Below, one piece after another: positions 1-8,720 of a stretch of 64,000 nt of DNA (position 1 is the stretch's first letter; each line of letters begins with the position of its first letter). Source of the DNA: Chlamydiales bacterium (lineage in GTDB: Bacteria > Chlamydiota > Chlamydiia > Chlamydiales > JACRBE01); contig JACRBE010000040.1 of the NCBI GenBank assembly GCA_016213235.1, positions 811-64,810 of the forward strand. The letters run 5' to 3'. The notes beneath the pieces are model-generated. The model was not told the origin of the DNA. It worked only from the letters and a program-made list of their open reading frames with translations, and did not search any database. A program made the position numbers and the translations under genes.

Positions 1-758
1 GGTGGTTGCTAGATGCAGGCTCCAACAATTGGAAATTCTTATTTGCACTCTCCGCATTATTTGGTATGAGCAGCGTCATCATGCACTATTTAATGCCAAT
101 CAATGAAAAGAAACCCCTTGTTCAAGAAGAAGATATTTCCCTATCTACATTCTATCAACTCGTTCAACCGTGGAAAGATTGTATTCTTTTTATTAAATCT
201 CGTCCTGATTTTGCCAAGTTTCAATGGGGATTTATGGCAGGTGGCTTTGGAGTCATGATGATGCAACCAGCTCTCCCTTTCTTTTTTAAAGATACTCTAC
301 AATTATCTTATATAGATTTCAGCATTGCACTCACTATTGCCAAGGGGCTTGGAATTGTTGTTTCTTCTCCCCTTTGGACAAGAGCAATTAGCAAACAATC
401 CATCTTAAACGTATCTAGTATTGTTTGTTTAGGTTTTGCCCTGTTCCCTTTATTTATGATTTTTTCTCCCATTCATTTGCTATGGCTTTATGTTGCTTAT
501 TTAATTTATGGAATTGCACAGGGAGGGAGTCATTTAATCTGGCATTTATCTGGTCCGATTTTCTCTAAAGATGAGGAGAGTTCCAGATATAGCGGTGTAA
601 ATGTCATTATGGTAGGTATTCGAGGACTGATTGCTCCCATATTAGGGGGTATTATCAGCCAGTGGATTAGCCCGCTGCTCGTGTTTGTTATTGGTTGCAT
701 CTGTTGTTTATATGGATTTTATTTTTTATATCGACATGCCAATAATCACATACATTAA
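1..758 (+). CDS. MFS-type transporter, C-terminal part (5' end lies outside window)
   Basis: Frame is open to the window edge. Consecutive hydrophobic helices resemble the second half of an MFS permease. Confidence 0.5.
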   Translation, partial: WLLDAGSNNWKFLFALSALFGMSSVIMHYLMPINEKKPLVQEEDISLSTFYQLVQPWKDCILFIKSRPDFAKFQWGFMAGGFGVMMMQPALPFFFKDTLQLSYIDFSIALTIAKGLGIVVSSPLWTRAISKQSILNVSSIVCLGFALFPLFMIFSPIHLLWLYVAYLIYGIAQGGSHLIWHLSGPIFSKDEESSRYSGVNVIMVGIRGLIAPILGGIISQWISPLLVFVIGCICCLYGFYFLYRHANNHIH

Positions 759-2006
759 AATACCCGCCAAAAACCCAAGTAACGCAGGGATGGTTGCTTT
801 TTTTAGATAAGCGATGAAATCTACTTTTTCAAGCCCCATTAATGCTACGCCGGATGCCGATCCTATAACTAAAACACTCCCTCCTGTACCTGCAGCATAT
901 GCAATAAGCATCCACAGATCAGAGTCTATAGGAAATGCAACTAAATCATACATCCCCATTGTGGCAGCCACAAGCGGAACGTTGTCAATAACTGCAGATA
1001 AAAGTCCAATTGCTGTTGCAATGGGTATTACACCTCCTAAATATGTATTCAACAAGACCGCCAGTTTATCAAGAAATTGGCTGACATCCAGTACATCTAC
1101 TGCAAGTAAAATTCCTAAGAAAAACAACATGGTAGGTGCATCAATTCTGGTTAAAACAGAAGGAAGTCTTAAATGCTCTCGGTGATCATATTTAAAATGC
1201 AAAAGATCTGTTACAATCCATAAAATGGCAAGAGCCCCTATCATACCCATAAATGGAGGTAGCCCTGTGGCCCATTTAAACACAGGAACCCCCATTAATC
1301 CAAGTAATCCCACACAAAAAACAAGGTCTGCACCGGGCTCTTTTGGCTCTGTTTTATAGTCTATTTCCGACATAGTATAGTTGCCTTTTGTACGAATTAA
1401 ATAAATACCAAGCGGAACCAACATGCATATAATACTGGGGAGGAATAGTTTTTTTATTATTGCCAATGTGGATAACTGACCATTAATCCATAACATGGTA
1501 GTGGTGATATCTCCAATAGGAGTCCAAGCTCCTCCTGCATTTGCAGCAATAACTACCATACAACCAAGAGCAAGTCTCTCTTTCTGATGAGGTACTATTT
1601 TTTTTAAAATAGAGATCATCACAATAGTAGTAGTCAAGTTATCGAGTATGGCAGACAAGAAAAACGTAAGTAGCGAAACAATAATTAATACTTTTCTTTT
1701 TGATCTTGTATGAATAAGCCTAATAACACTATTAAACCCTTTATGAGAATCGATTGTTTCGACTAACGTCATGGCGCCAAGTAAAAAAAACAAGATCTGA
1801 GCTATATCACCGATATAGTGAGATAAAGCAGAAAGATTCGTTGTATGCGCCGCGCTACCAGATATAAAATAGAGCAGCCAACAAATCACTCCGGTAAAAA
1901 TGGCAACAGCCGTCTTGTTTACTTTTAAATAATGTTCAAAAATAATAATCAGATATCCGATTGCAAAAACAATCAAAATATTCATATTTGCCAGTGATCC
2001 ACTCAT
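726..2006 (-). CDS. nhaD: NhaD/ArsB-superfamily Na+/H+ antiporter
   Basis: 426-aa polytopic membrane protein. The N-terminal GY..I.FEH..VNK region and overall layout resemble NhaD-type ion transporters. Confidence 0.55.
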   Translation of the reverse strand: MSGSLANMNILIVFAIGYLIIIFEHYLKVNKTAVAIFTGVICWLLYFISGSAAHTTNLSALSHYIGDIAQILFFLLGAMTLVETIDSHKGFNSVIRLIHTRSKRKVLIIVSLLTFFLSAILDNLTTTIVMISILKKIVPHQKERLALGCMVVIAANAGGAWTPIGDITTTMLWINGQLSTLAIIKKLFLPSIICMLVPLGIYLIRTKGNYTMSEIDYKTEPKEPGADLVFCVGLLGLMGVPVFKWATGLPPFMGMIGALAILWIVTDLLHFKYDHREHLRLPSVLTRIDAPTMLFFLGILLAVDVLDVSQFLDKLAVLLNTYLGGVIPIATAIGLLSAVIDNVPLVAATMGMYDLVAFPIDSDLWMLIAYAAGTGGSVLVIGSASGVALMGLEKVDFIAYLKKATIPALLGFLAGILMYVIIGMSI

Positions 2007-2031
2007 GTAACCTTATCTCCATTAAAAAATA

Positions 2032-3009
2032 TTATTTTACTCCCGTTTCCACAATGTCATGCAGACAAATCAATCCTACGAGTTTTTTTTCTTCTACTAC
2101 AGGTAGCATCATGACTCTTTTATGTGAATGTTGTTGCATCAGTTTCACTGCATTAAATGCAGGAGCATGAGGATCTATACTAAGAAATGTTGTAGTCATT
2201 AGGCTTCGCATAGGCATGGAAAACACTTTTTCTGCATACTGCTGAATAGATCTTCTTAAATCGCCATCTGTAAAAATACCAAGCAACTTTCCTTGATCAT
2301 CAATGATTAAAATACATCCACATTTTTTATTTGTTAGCTCTATAATGGCATCGCGCAACAAATCATCTGCATAACAAGTTGGTAACTTGTCTTGTTTAAC
2401 CATTAGTTCTTTAACGGAATAAGCAATTTGCAATCCAATGGCGCCTGCAGGATGGTTAAGAGCGTAGGCTTCCAATGAGAACTTTTTTGCTTGCATAATC
2501 GCAGCAATCAAGACATCTCCAAAAATCATTTGGATGGAAGGAGAAGTGGTGGGAGCTAGGTCAAATGGGCAAAGTTCTCGCTCTAGAGGTAAATAAATAG
2601 CAATATCTGCAGTTAATGTTAGAGGGCTGTGCTCATTTGATATCCAGGCAATGACTGTTACATTTCTTTTTTTAACAGCTGGTAGTAGATGCAATATCTC
2701 TTTAGTACTCCCGCTTTTTGAAATCACAATTAATAAATCATCATGATTCAGAACGCCAATATCTCCATGAAGTGCATCTAATGGGTTTAAATATAGTGCT
2801 TTTGTCCCAACAGAAACGAGTGTCATAGCTAGTTTTTGCGCGACAATACCACTTTTTCCTACTCCAGAAAAAACGATGGTGCCTTTGCACTGAACCATTG
2901 CAAAAAAGATTTCATATGCTTTTTTTATATCGATTCCATCGAAAAAAGCATCTATATATTTTTTCTGGCTTTCGAACAGTCTTTTTAAATCAGCGATAGT
3001 TTCCATCAA
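2032..3009 (-). CDS. kdsD: Arabinose-5-phosphate isomerase (KpsF/GutQ family; Kdo pathway)
   Basis: SIS domain (FSGVGKSG, SKSGST) followed by a tandem CBS pair, 325 aa. Confidence 0.85.
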   Translation of the reverse strand: MMETIADLKRLFESQKKYIDAFFDGIDIKKAYEIFFAMVQCKGTIVFSGVGKSGIVAQKLAMTLVSVGTKALYLNPLDALHGDIGVLNHDDLLIVISKSGSTKEILHLLPAVKKRNVTVIAWISNEHSPLTLTADIAIYLPLERELCPFDLAPTTSPSIQMIFGDVLIAAIMQAKKFSLEAYALNHPAGAIGLQIAYSVKELMVKQDKLPTCYADDLLRDAIIELTNKKCGCILIIDDQGKLLGIFTDGDLRRSIQQYAEKVFSMPMRSLMTTTFLSIDPHAPAFNAVKLMQQHSHKRVMMLPVVEEKKLVGLICLHDIVETGVK

Positions 3010-3077
3010 TTTTTCTTGAAGTTAGTAAACAATTCCTATAGATCATAAATTATATATTATTTCTTATTGGAGATGTT

Positions 3078-4526
3078 ATGTCAACTCAAGAGGTTCCAAT
3101 TGCTGTAGCTTACGGAGATGGAATCGGCCCTGAAATAATGGAATCGACATTAAAAATATTGCATGCGGCAAAGGCTCCGATCAGTATTCATACAGTAGAA
3201 ATTGGGGAAAAAGTTTATTTAAACGGGATATCAACCGGTATTGAGCCCAAGACCTGGGATGTTATTCGATCTTGCAGGGCATTTTTAAAAGCACCTATTA
3301 CAACACCGCAAGGCGGTGGATTTAAAAGCTTAAATGTTACCATAAGAACAACGCTCGGGCTCTATGCAAATATACGACCCTGCCCGGCATATGCTCCTTT
3401 TATCGATACAAAACATCCCGATATGAATGTAGTCATTATCAGAGAAAATGAAGAAGACCTATACTCCGGCATTGAATATCGCCTAACGCCACAGGCATTC
3501 GAATCATTAAAACTAATATCAAGACCCGGCAGCGAAAAAATCATTCGTTTTGCCTTTGAGTATGCAAAACAAAATAATAGAAAAAAGGTCTCTTGTTTTA
3601 CAAAAGATAACATCATGAAAATTTCAGATGGTCTTTTTCATAAAGTATTTAATGAAATTGCAATGGAATATCCTGAAATCGAAAGCGAGCATTGGATTAT
3701 TGATATCGGAGCAGCAAAATTAGCAGACACTCCTGAAGATTTTGATGTGATCGTACTCGCCAATTTATATGGGGATATTTTATCCGATGTAGCAGCACAG
3801 ATCTGTGGTTCTATTGGTATGGTTGGTACTTCTAACATTGGTATTCATGGTGCTATGTTTGAGGCAATACACGGTTCAGCACCCGATATTGCCGGTAAGA
3901 ATATTGCTAACCCTTCTGCTCTATTATTAGCTGCAGTACAAATGCTTGTCTATTTAGATCTAAACGAAACTGCTGCATATATTCATAATGCATGGCTAAA
4001 AACAATTGAAGATGGCATTCATACAGGCGATATCTATCATCCAAAAACAAGTCTACAAAAGGTAGGAACACAAGAATTCACCAATGCAGTTATTCAAAGA
4101 CTTGGTAAGGGACCAGCTCACTTTAAAGAAGTATTTTATCATCGAGCCAAGAAAAGTTTTTTCAATCATCATGCGATGAAACAACAACCGACTGTTCGAG
4201 AATTAGTAGGAATAGATATCTTTATTTATAGCGAGCTGGGACAAGAGGCATTTATTAAAAAGATGCTTAACATCAATATAGATGGATTTACTATTGATTT
4301 AATCAGTAATAGAGGCGTTAGAATTTATCCTAATGGACAACCAGAAACGTTTTGCATTGATCAGTATCGCGTGCGGTTTTTATTGAAAGAAAAAGAAGTT
4401 CCTTTTACACAGGCACATCTCATTCACATCCTGAAATTATTAGATAAAAACAAAATTGATATAGTCAAAGTAGTAAATTTATACCAATTCGATGGGGCTC
4501 CGGGATATTCACAGGCTAAAGGATAG
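3078..4526 (+). CDS. icd: Isocitrate dehydrogenase (isocitrate/isopropylmalate DH family) with ~135-aa C-terminal extension
   Basis: Family motifs NLYGDILSD and HGSAPDIAGKNIANP are present. The canonical fold ends near residue 345 and the tail has no motif I recognise. Confidence 0.75.
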   Translation: MSTQEVPIAVAYGDGIGPEIMESTLKILHAAKAPISIHTVEIGEKVYLNGISTGIEPKTWDVIRSCRAFLKAPITTPQGGGFKSLNVTIRTTLGLYANIRPCPAYAPFIDTKHPDMNVVIIRENEEDLYSGIEYRLTPQAFESLKLISRPGSEKIIRFAFEYAKQNNRKKVSCFTKDNIMKISDGLFHKVFNEIAMEYPEIESEHWIIDIGAAKLADTPEDFDVIVLANLYGDILSDVAAQICGSIGMVGTSNIGIHGAMFEAIHGSAPDIAGKNIANPSALLLAAVQMLVYLDLNETAAYIHNAWLKTIEDGIHTGDIYHPKTSLQKVGTQEFTNAVIQRLGKGPAHFKEVFYHRAKKSFFNHHAMKQQPTVRELVGIDIFIYSELGQEAFIKKMLNINIDGFTIDLISNRGVRIYPNGQPETFCIDQYRVRFLLKEKEVPFTQAHLIHILKLLDKNKIDIVKVVNLYQFDGAPGYSQAKG

Positions 4527-5714
4527 CTCAACATTTTCTAAATGTTTTTTTAACGACTCCAAAAAGCCGCACCCATACATACCATCTAACGCACGATGGT
4601 CAAATGTCAAAGAAATGTGAACACAGTCTCGAATACCGATTGTATGATCATCAATTGCAACTGGTGTTTTTTCAATTGCCCCGACCCCGACAATGGCTAC
4701 TTCTGGATATCGAATAATAGGAATGCCTATCTTTGTGCCCGTCATTCCAAAATTAGTCATGGTAATAGTTCCATCACTAACATCTGCTATGGTTAAGGTT
4801 CTTTCTCTTGCCTTAATCGACAGATGAGAAACTGCTTCTGCTATTTCTATTATATTTTTTTTCTCACATCGATGAATAACAGGTATCATGATTGCCTGGT
4901 CTACACTCACGGCTATTCCCAAATTTACATAATGTTTGAGTACAATCGTATCTTTATCTATGGATGAGTTGATAAATGGATATTCCTGGACTGCTCTACC
5001 AATGGCATATGCGATAAATGTCGTGATCGTTAATTTATAACCATATTTTATAAAAAACTTTTCTTTATTTCCCTTTATAAACGCCATAATTCTCGAAATA
5101 TCTACTTCTGTAATAAGCGTAGCGTGTGGCGCTTGGTAAAAGGATTTTACCATATTATCGGCAATTGCTTTTCTCATTTGACTCATCTGAATACGCTCTA
5201 CATCTTGGGAAAATGAAGGAGCAACATGTGGGCAAGGCGAAGCTGTTTGTTTATTGCCTTTTGCCTGAATGTATTTTTCTATATCTTGTTTAGTAAGTCT
5301 ACCTTCTGCCCCTGAACTTTTTATTTTTTCTAGTTCAGCAAAAGAAATTTTATATTCTTTTGCCAGGCGAAGTACTGCAGGAGAATAGTACTCTGACATA
5401 CCAACCCCTTCTTCTTGAACAGGGGCTGAGTGGAGGGGTTTTATTTGACTAGGGGCTGAGCTACTACTTTGTGAGCTGTGAATATAGCACAAAATAGCAT
5501 CGACATCATATTCCGATCCTTCTTGTGCGATTATTTTCGCAATAGTCCCGCTAACAGGCGCTGGTATTTCACTATTTACCTTATCTGTAGAAACCTCAAG
5601 TAAAGGCTCATCGGCATCTACATGATCCCCCTCTTTTTTTAACCACTGGGTAATCGTAGCACTAACAATACTTTCCCCTAATTTGGGCATCTTTACCGGA
5701 AATAATTCTGTCAT
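4509..5714 (-). CDS. 2-oxoacid dehydrogenase E2 component (dihydrolipoamide acyltransferase)
   Basis: Lipoyl domain (EVSTDKV), Ser/Ala/Pro linker, E3-binding segment (PAVLRLAKEY) and catalytic domain with DHRALDG. Confidence 0.85.
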   Translation of the reverse strand: MTELFPVKMPKLGESIVSATITQWLKKEGDHVDADEPLLEVSTDKVNSEIPAPVSGTIAKIIAQEGSEYDVDAILCYIHSSQSSSSAPSQIKPLHSAPVQEEGVGMSEYYSPAVLRLAKEYKISFAELEKIKSSGAEGRLTKQDIEKYIQAKGNKQTASPCPHVAPSFSQDVERIQMSQMRKAIADNMVKSFYQAPHATLITEVDISRIMAFIKGNKEKFFIKYGYKLTITTFIAYAIGRAVQEYPFINSSIDKDTIVLKHYVNLGIAVSVDQAIMIPVIHRCEKKNIIEIAEAVSHLSIKARERTLTIADVSDGTITMTNFGMTGTKIGIPIIRYPEVAIVGVGAIEKTPVAIDDHTIGIRDCVHISLTFDHRALDGMYGCGFLESLKKHLENVELSFSL

Positions 5715-6781
5715 ACTTTCGCCATTTGCTTAAGTTTAGATAATAATTGTTGATAGATTTCTATATGGTATACTACTTGCATTGTTGCTTTCATGCAATA
5801 AATCGGTATACCTAATATTGTAGTAGAAGAGAGTTTAATAAAATCTTTTTCCGTACACACCAAACATGAAGCTCCTCTTTCTTTACTTTTTTTTGCAAAT
5901 TCTACTAAAGCATCCTGGTCTAGCATGCTATGATCTGGCAATAGTTGATAATACACAATAGTCGCATACCCTTCCACTAGTTGAATAAATGACCCGGGAG
6001 ATGCAATAGCACAAAAAAGCGCTACCTGTTTTCCTTGTATTAATTCTACAGCTCCACGATCTAGCGTCATGATGGTTCCTATAATATCAGCCTTTGTATA
6101 CTTCCTAATTTTCTTATGCATTTCTTCAAAAAACAATTTGTTATGCGCTTGATGAATAACAATCAGATCTGCTTCTTTTAAATGCTTGGGAGTTTCTCTA
6201 AGGACACCAACAGGAAGATAATACTGCTCAAAATCATGGTCTGCACCAATCATGACGATATTGTAGTCCTTGATTAATCGATAATGCTGAAATCCATCAT
6301 CTATCACAATCATATTAAAATGTTGGTTATCTATTTGCATTGCTACATCAGACTTGGACTTTCCAACAAAAACATCATAGCTTGGAAATACTGTAGCAAT
6401 CAGTCTTGGTTCATCTCCAAATCTTGCATCTTGCTTATCTACTGTAGCAAATGCTATATCATCGAGCGTGGATCTAAATAACCTACAAATCACTGCTACA
6501 TGTTTCAAATGCAAATCATGTAGTAGCATCATAAGAAAAGGTGTTTTTCCGTTACCGCCTGCCGTGATATTCCCAATGCTAATTAGACAAGTCTTTGTTT
6601 TAACGCGTTTTTTTATTTTAACAGTATATAAAAGCCGATGAATTGTGTTGCCAAGGCGATAGATACCACTTATGTAAAACAATATCATCCACACAACGGA
6701 ATATTGTTGTTTCTGATGTCTCAATACAAAAGACTCTAACTGTAAAAAAAGAGGGTGATTATGAATTTTTTGCAGACACAT
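5711..6781 (-). CDS. lpxK: Tetraacyldisaccharide 4'-kinase
   Basis: N-terminal TM helix and P-loop GNITAGGNGKTPF. Its stop overlaps the E2 start (ATGA at 5711-5714). Confidence 0.8.
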   Translation of the reverse strand: MCLQKIHNHPLFLQLESFVLRHQKQQYSVVWMILFYISGIYRLGNTIHRLLYTVKIKKRVKTKTCLISIGNITAGGNGKTPFLMMLLHDLHLKHVAVICRLFRSTLDDIAFATVDKQDARFGDEPRLIATVFPSYDVFVGKSKSDVAMQIDNQHFNMIVIDDGFQHYRLIKDYNIVMIGADHDFEQYYLPVGVLRETPKHLKEADLIVIHQAHNKLFFEEMHKKIRKYTKADIIGTIMTLDRGAVELIQGKQVALFCAIASPGSFIQLVEGYATIVYYQLLPDHSMLDQDALVEFAKKSKERGASCLVCTEKDFIKLSSTTILGIPIYCMKATMQVVYHIEIYQQLLSKLKQMAKV

Positions 6782-7382
6782 GAGAAGAATAGATTAAAGG
6801 TTCCTGCTGTGGGAATAATTTTTTTTCTACCATTTCAATGATAATATGGATAGCTGCCATATGAGCTTCTTGTATACGATCTGAATTTACAAAACCATCT
6901 ACGATCCACTCTAAATCACACACTCCTTTTAAAGACCCGCCTTGTTTGCCTAAAAAAGCAACTGTTTTGATCTGTTGTTTTTGTGCCGACTGCACAGCAT
7001 AGATAATGTTTTTTGAATTTCCACTTGTTGTTAAACAAATAAGGATATCTTCTTTTTTCCCAAGCGCTTCCACATATCTGGAAAAAACAAATTCAAAACC
7101 AACATCATTACCAACGCAGCTAATATGACTTGGATCTGCAAGAGCAATCGCAGGAAGCGCTTTTCTTTTTGCTCGATAAAAACCGGTAAGTTCTTCTGCA
7201 AAGTGCATGGCATCGCAAAGAGAGCCTCCATTACCGGCGATCAACAACTTACCGCCCATCTGATAACACCTAACAATCGCCTCAGCTACTTCATGAATAA
7301 AGGTAATTGCTTTTTCTTCTGTTAACTTTTGCGCAGCTTTTACAGCTTCCAATGTAGAAAATAAAATCTCTTGCTCTAACAT
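6759..7382 (-). CDS. gmhA: Sedoheptulose-7-phosphate isomerase (SIS domain)
   Basis: GNGGSLCDAMHFAEEL, TTSGNSKN and DRIQEAH motifs are typical of GmhA. Confidence 0.8.
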   Translation of the reverse strand: MLEQEILFSTLEAVKAAQKLTEEKAITFIHEVAEAIVRCYQMGGKLLIAGNGGSLCDAMHFAEELTGFYRAKRKALPAIALADPSHISCVGNDVGFEFVFSRYVEALGKKEDILICLTTSGNSKNIIYAVQSAQKQQIKTVAFLGKQGGSLKGVCDLEWIVDGFVNSDRIQEAHMAAIHIIIEMVEKKLFPQQEPLIYSSHVSAKNS

Positions 7383-7522
7383 GATGTCTATTTTGACTTA
7401 TAAATAATGAAAATAAATATTAATCAAAGATCGGATTATTTTGTATCTTATAGGAAAATTACGCATGAAGTTGATGCAAAAACACCTAAAATACAACTTT
7501 GTAACGTTACAATTAAACGATT

Positions 7523-8422
7523 TTATTTTAAATGCTGAGCATGCTTATGGCTCATATATAAAGTAAGTAAGAGGCTAGCCAGGATAAATAAAGATCCAAT
7601 CAACAGTGATTGTTGTGGCTTTTCATGCCAAATCATCCAATCTAACATGATACCAAATAAAATAGAGATAAACATCACGGGAGCTACTACCACAGTAGAC
7701 GCCTGTTTCAGTGCATAATTGAAAGCAGACTGATAAAAATTTCCGACAAATCCCATTGCTATTAACGCAACAAATGTCTTTAGTGGCGGTGTCTTCCAGT
7801 AAATAATCGCAAGAATAGTGGATAAAATTACTGCGATCACATAAAAATCAAAAATGATTTTTGCACTTGTTGCTGTTTTATTTAGCTGTCGAACGAGTAT
7901 AAAGCTAATACTGGTCAATATACCGCCAAGAAGTGCAAATAAGGCCGGTAGATGCGCAAACCCGTATACAGATGGATTGAGGGAAAAAATAAGACCTACA
8001 AATCCAATACCGATACCAATCATCATATAAACGGATATATGCCTCTTAAATATATACTTTGAAATAATGGGAAGAAATAAGGGATAAGAGGTGCTCAGTA
8101 TGATAACATTGGCAATAGGAATATGTTGCAGTGCGTATAATATACATCCAAAGATGGAAAAGCTAATAAATCCTCTTAGGATCATTAACCATGGTCTAAC
8201 GATTTTAAATAGATCGGGCTCCCCTTTTAAAAAAGGCAAAATAAGAATAAAACCAACAAAGAAGCGGAAAAATAATACAACAGATGCAGAGGTTCCCTCC
8301 ATTGCATACTTTCCAAGCGCTCCTATTATTGCATACATAATAGCTGCAATAAATCCATACCCTACAGCAATATAAATATGTTTTTTGTCTTCCATAAGAT
8401 AGGAAATATCAAAAACAGCCAT
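7523..8422 (-). CDS. EamA/DMT-family transporter
   Basis: 299 aa, about 10 TM helices arranged as two EamA-like repeats. Confidence 0.7.
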   Translation of the reverse strand: MAVFDISYLMEDKKHIYIAVGYGFIAAIMYAIIGALGKYAMEGTSASVVLFFRFFVGFILILPFLKGEPDLFKIVRPWLMILRGFISFSIFGCILYALQHIPIANVIILSTSYPLFLPIISKYIFKRHISVYMMIGIGIGFVGLIFSLNPSVYGFAHLPALFALLGGILTSISFILVRQLNKTATSAKIIFDFYVIAVILSTILAIIYWKTPPLKTFVALIAMGFVGNFYQSAFNYALKQASTVVVAPVMFISILFGIMLDWMIWHEKPQQSLLIGSLFILASLLLTLYMSHKHAQHLK

Positions 8423-8546
8423 TATAGAACAAGTTTTTCTCCATAACGAGGATTCTTGTGTTGTATAATCAAAAACAATTGATCTAGTTACACATGATGC
8501 AAAAGACCTTATTTATTTTTAAATTCCCTATTATAAACGGAGAATA

Positions 8547-8684
8547 ACAACTGCCGATGTTCTCAATACGCAAAAGAACGCGATGGCTAAAATTATAAAA
8601 AAAGAAGTTCATTATGTTTTACCAGTGAAAGAGAATCAAGCCGGCTTATTGGAATCGATTAAGCTCTTATTTACTGAAGCATAG
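8547..8684 (+). pseudogene. ISAs1/IS4-like transposase remnant
   Basis: The frame reads ..TTADVLNTQKNAMAKIIKKEVHYVLPVKENQAGLLESIKLLF*. This resembles the DA..tQ..iA..I...gadYvlavK.NQ core of ISAs1-type DDE transposases. It is only ~45 codons with no flanking ORF. Confidence 0.4.
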
Positions 8685-8720
8685 TAGAGGAACTTTCGAA
8701 TGGTTGAGCTGATGAATTTG

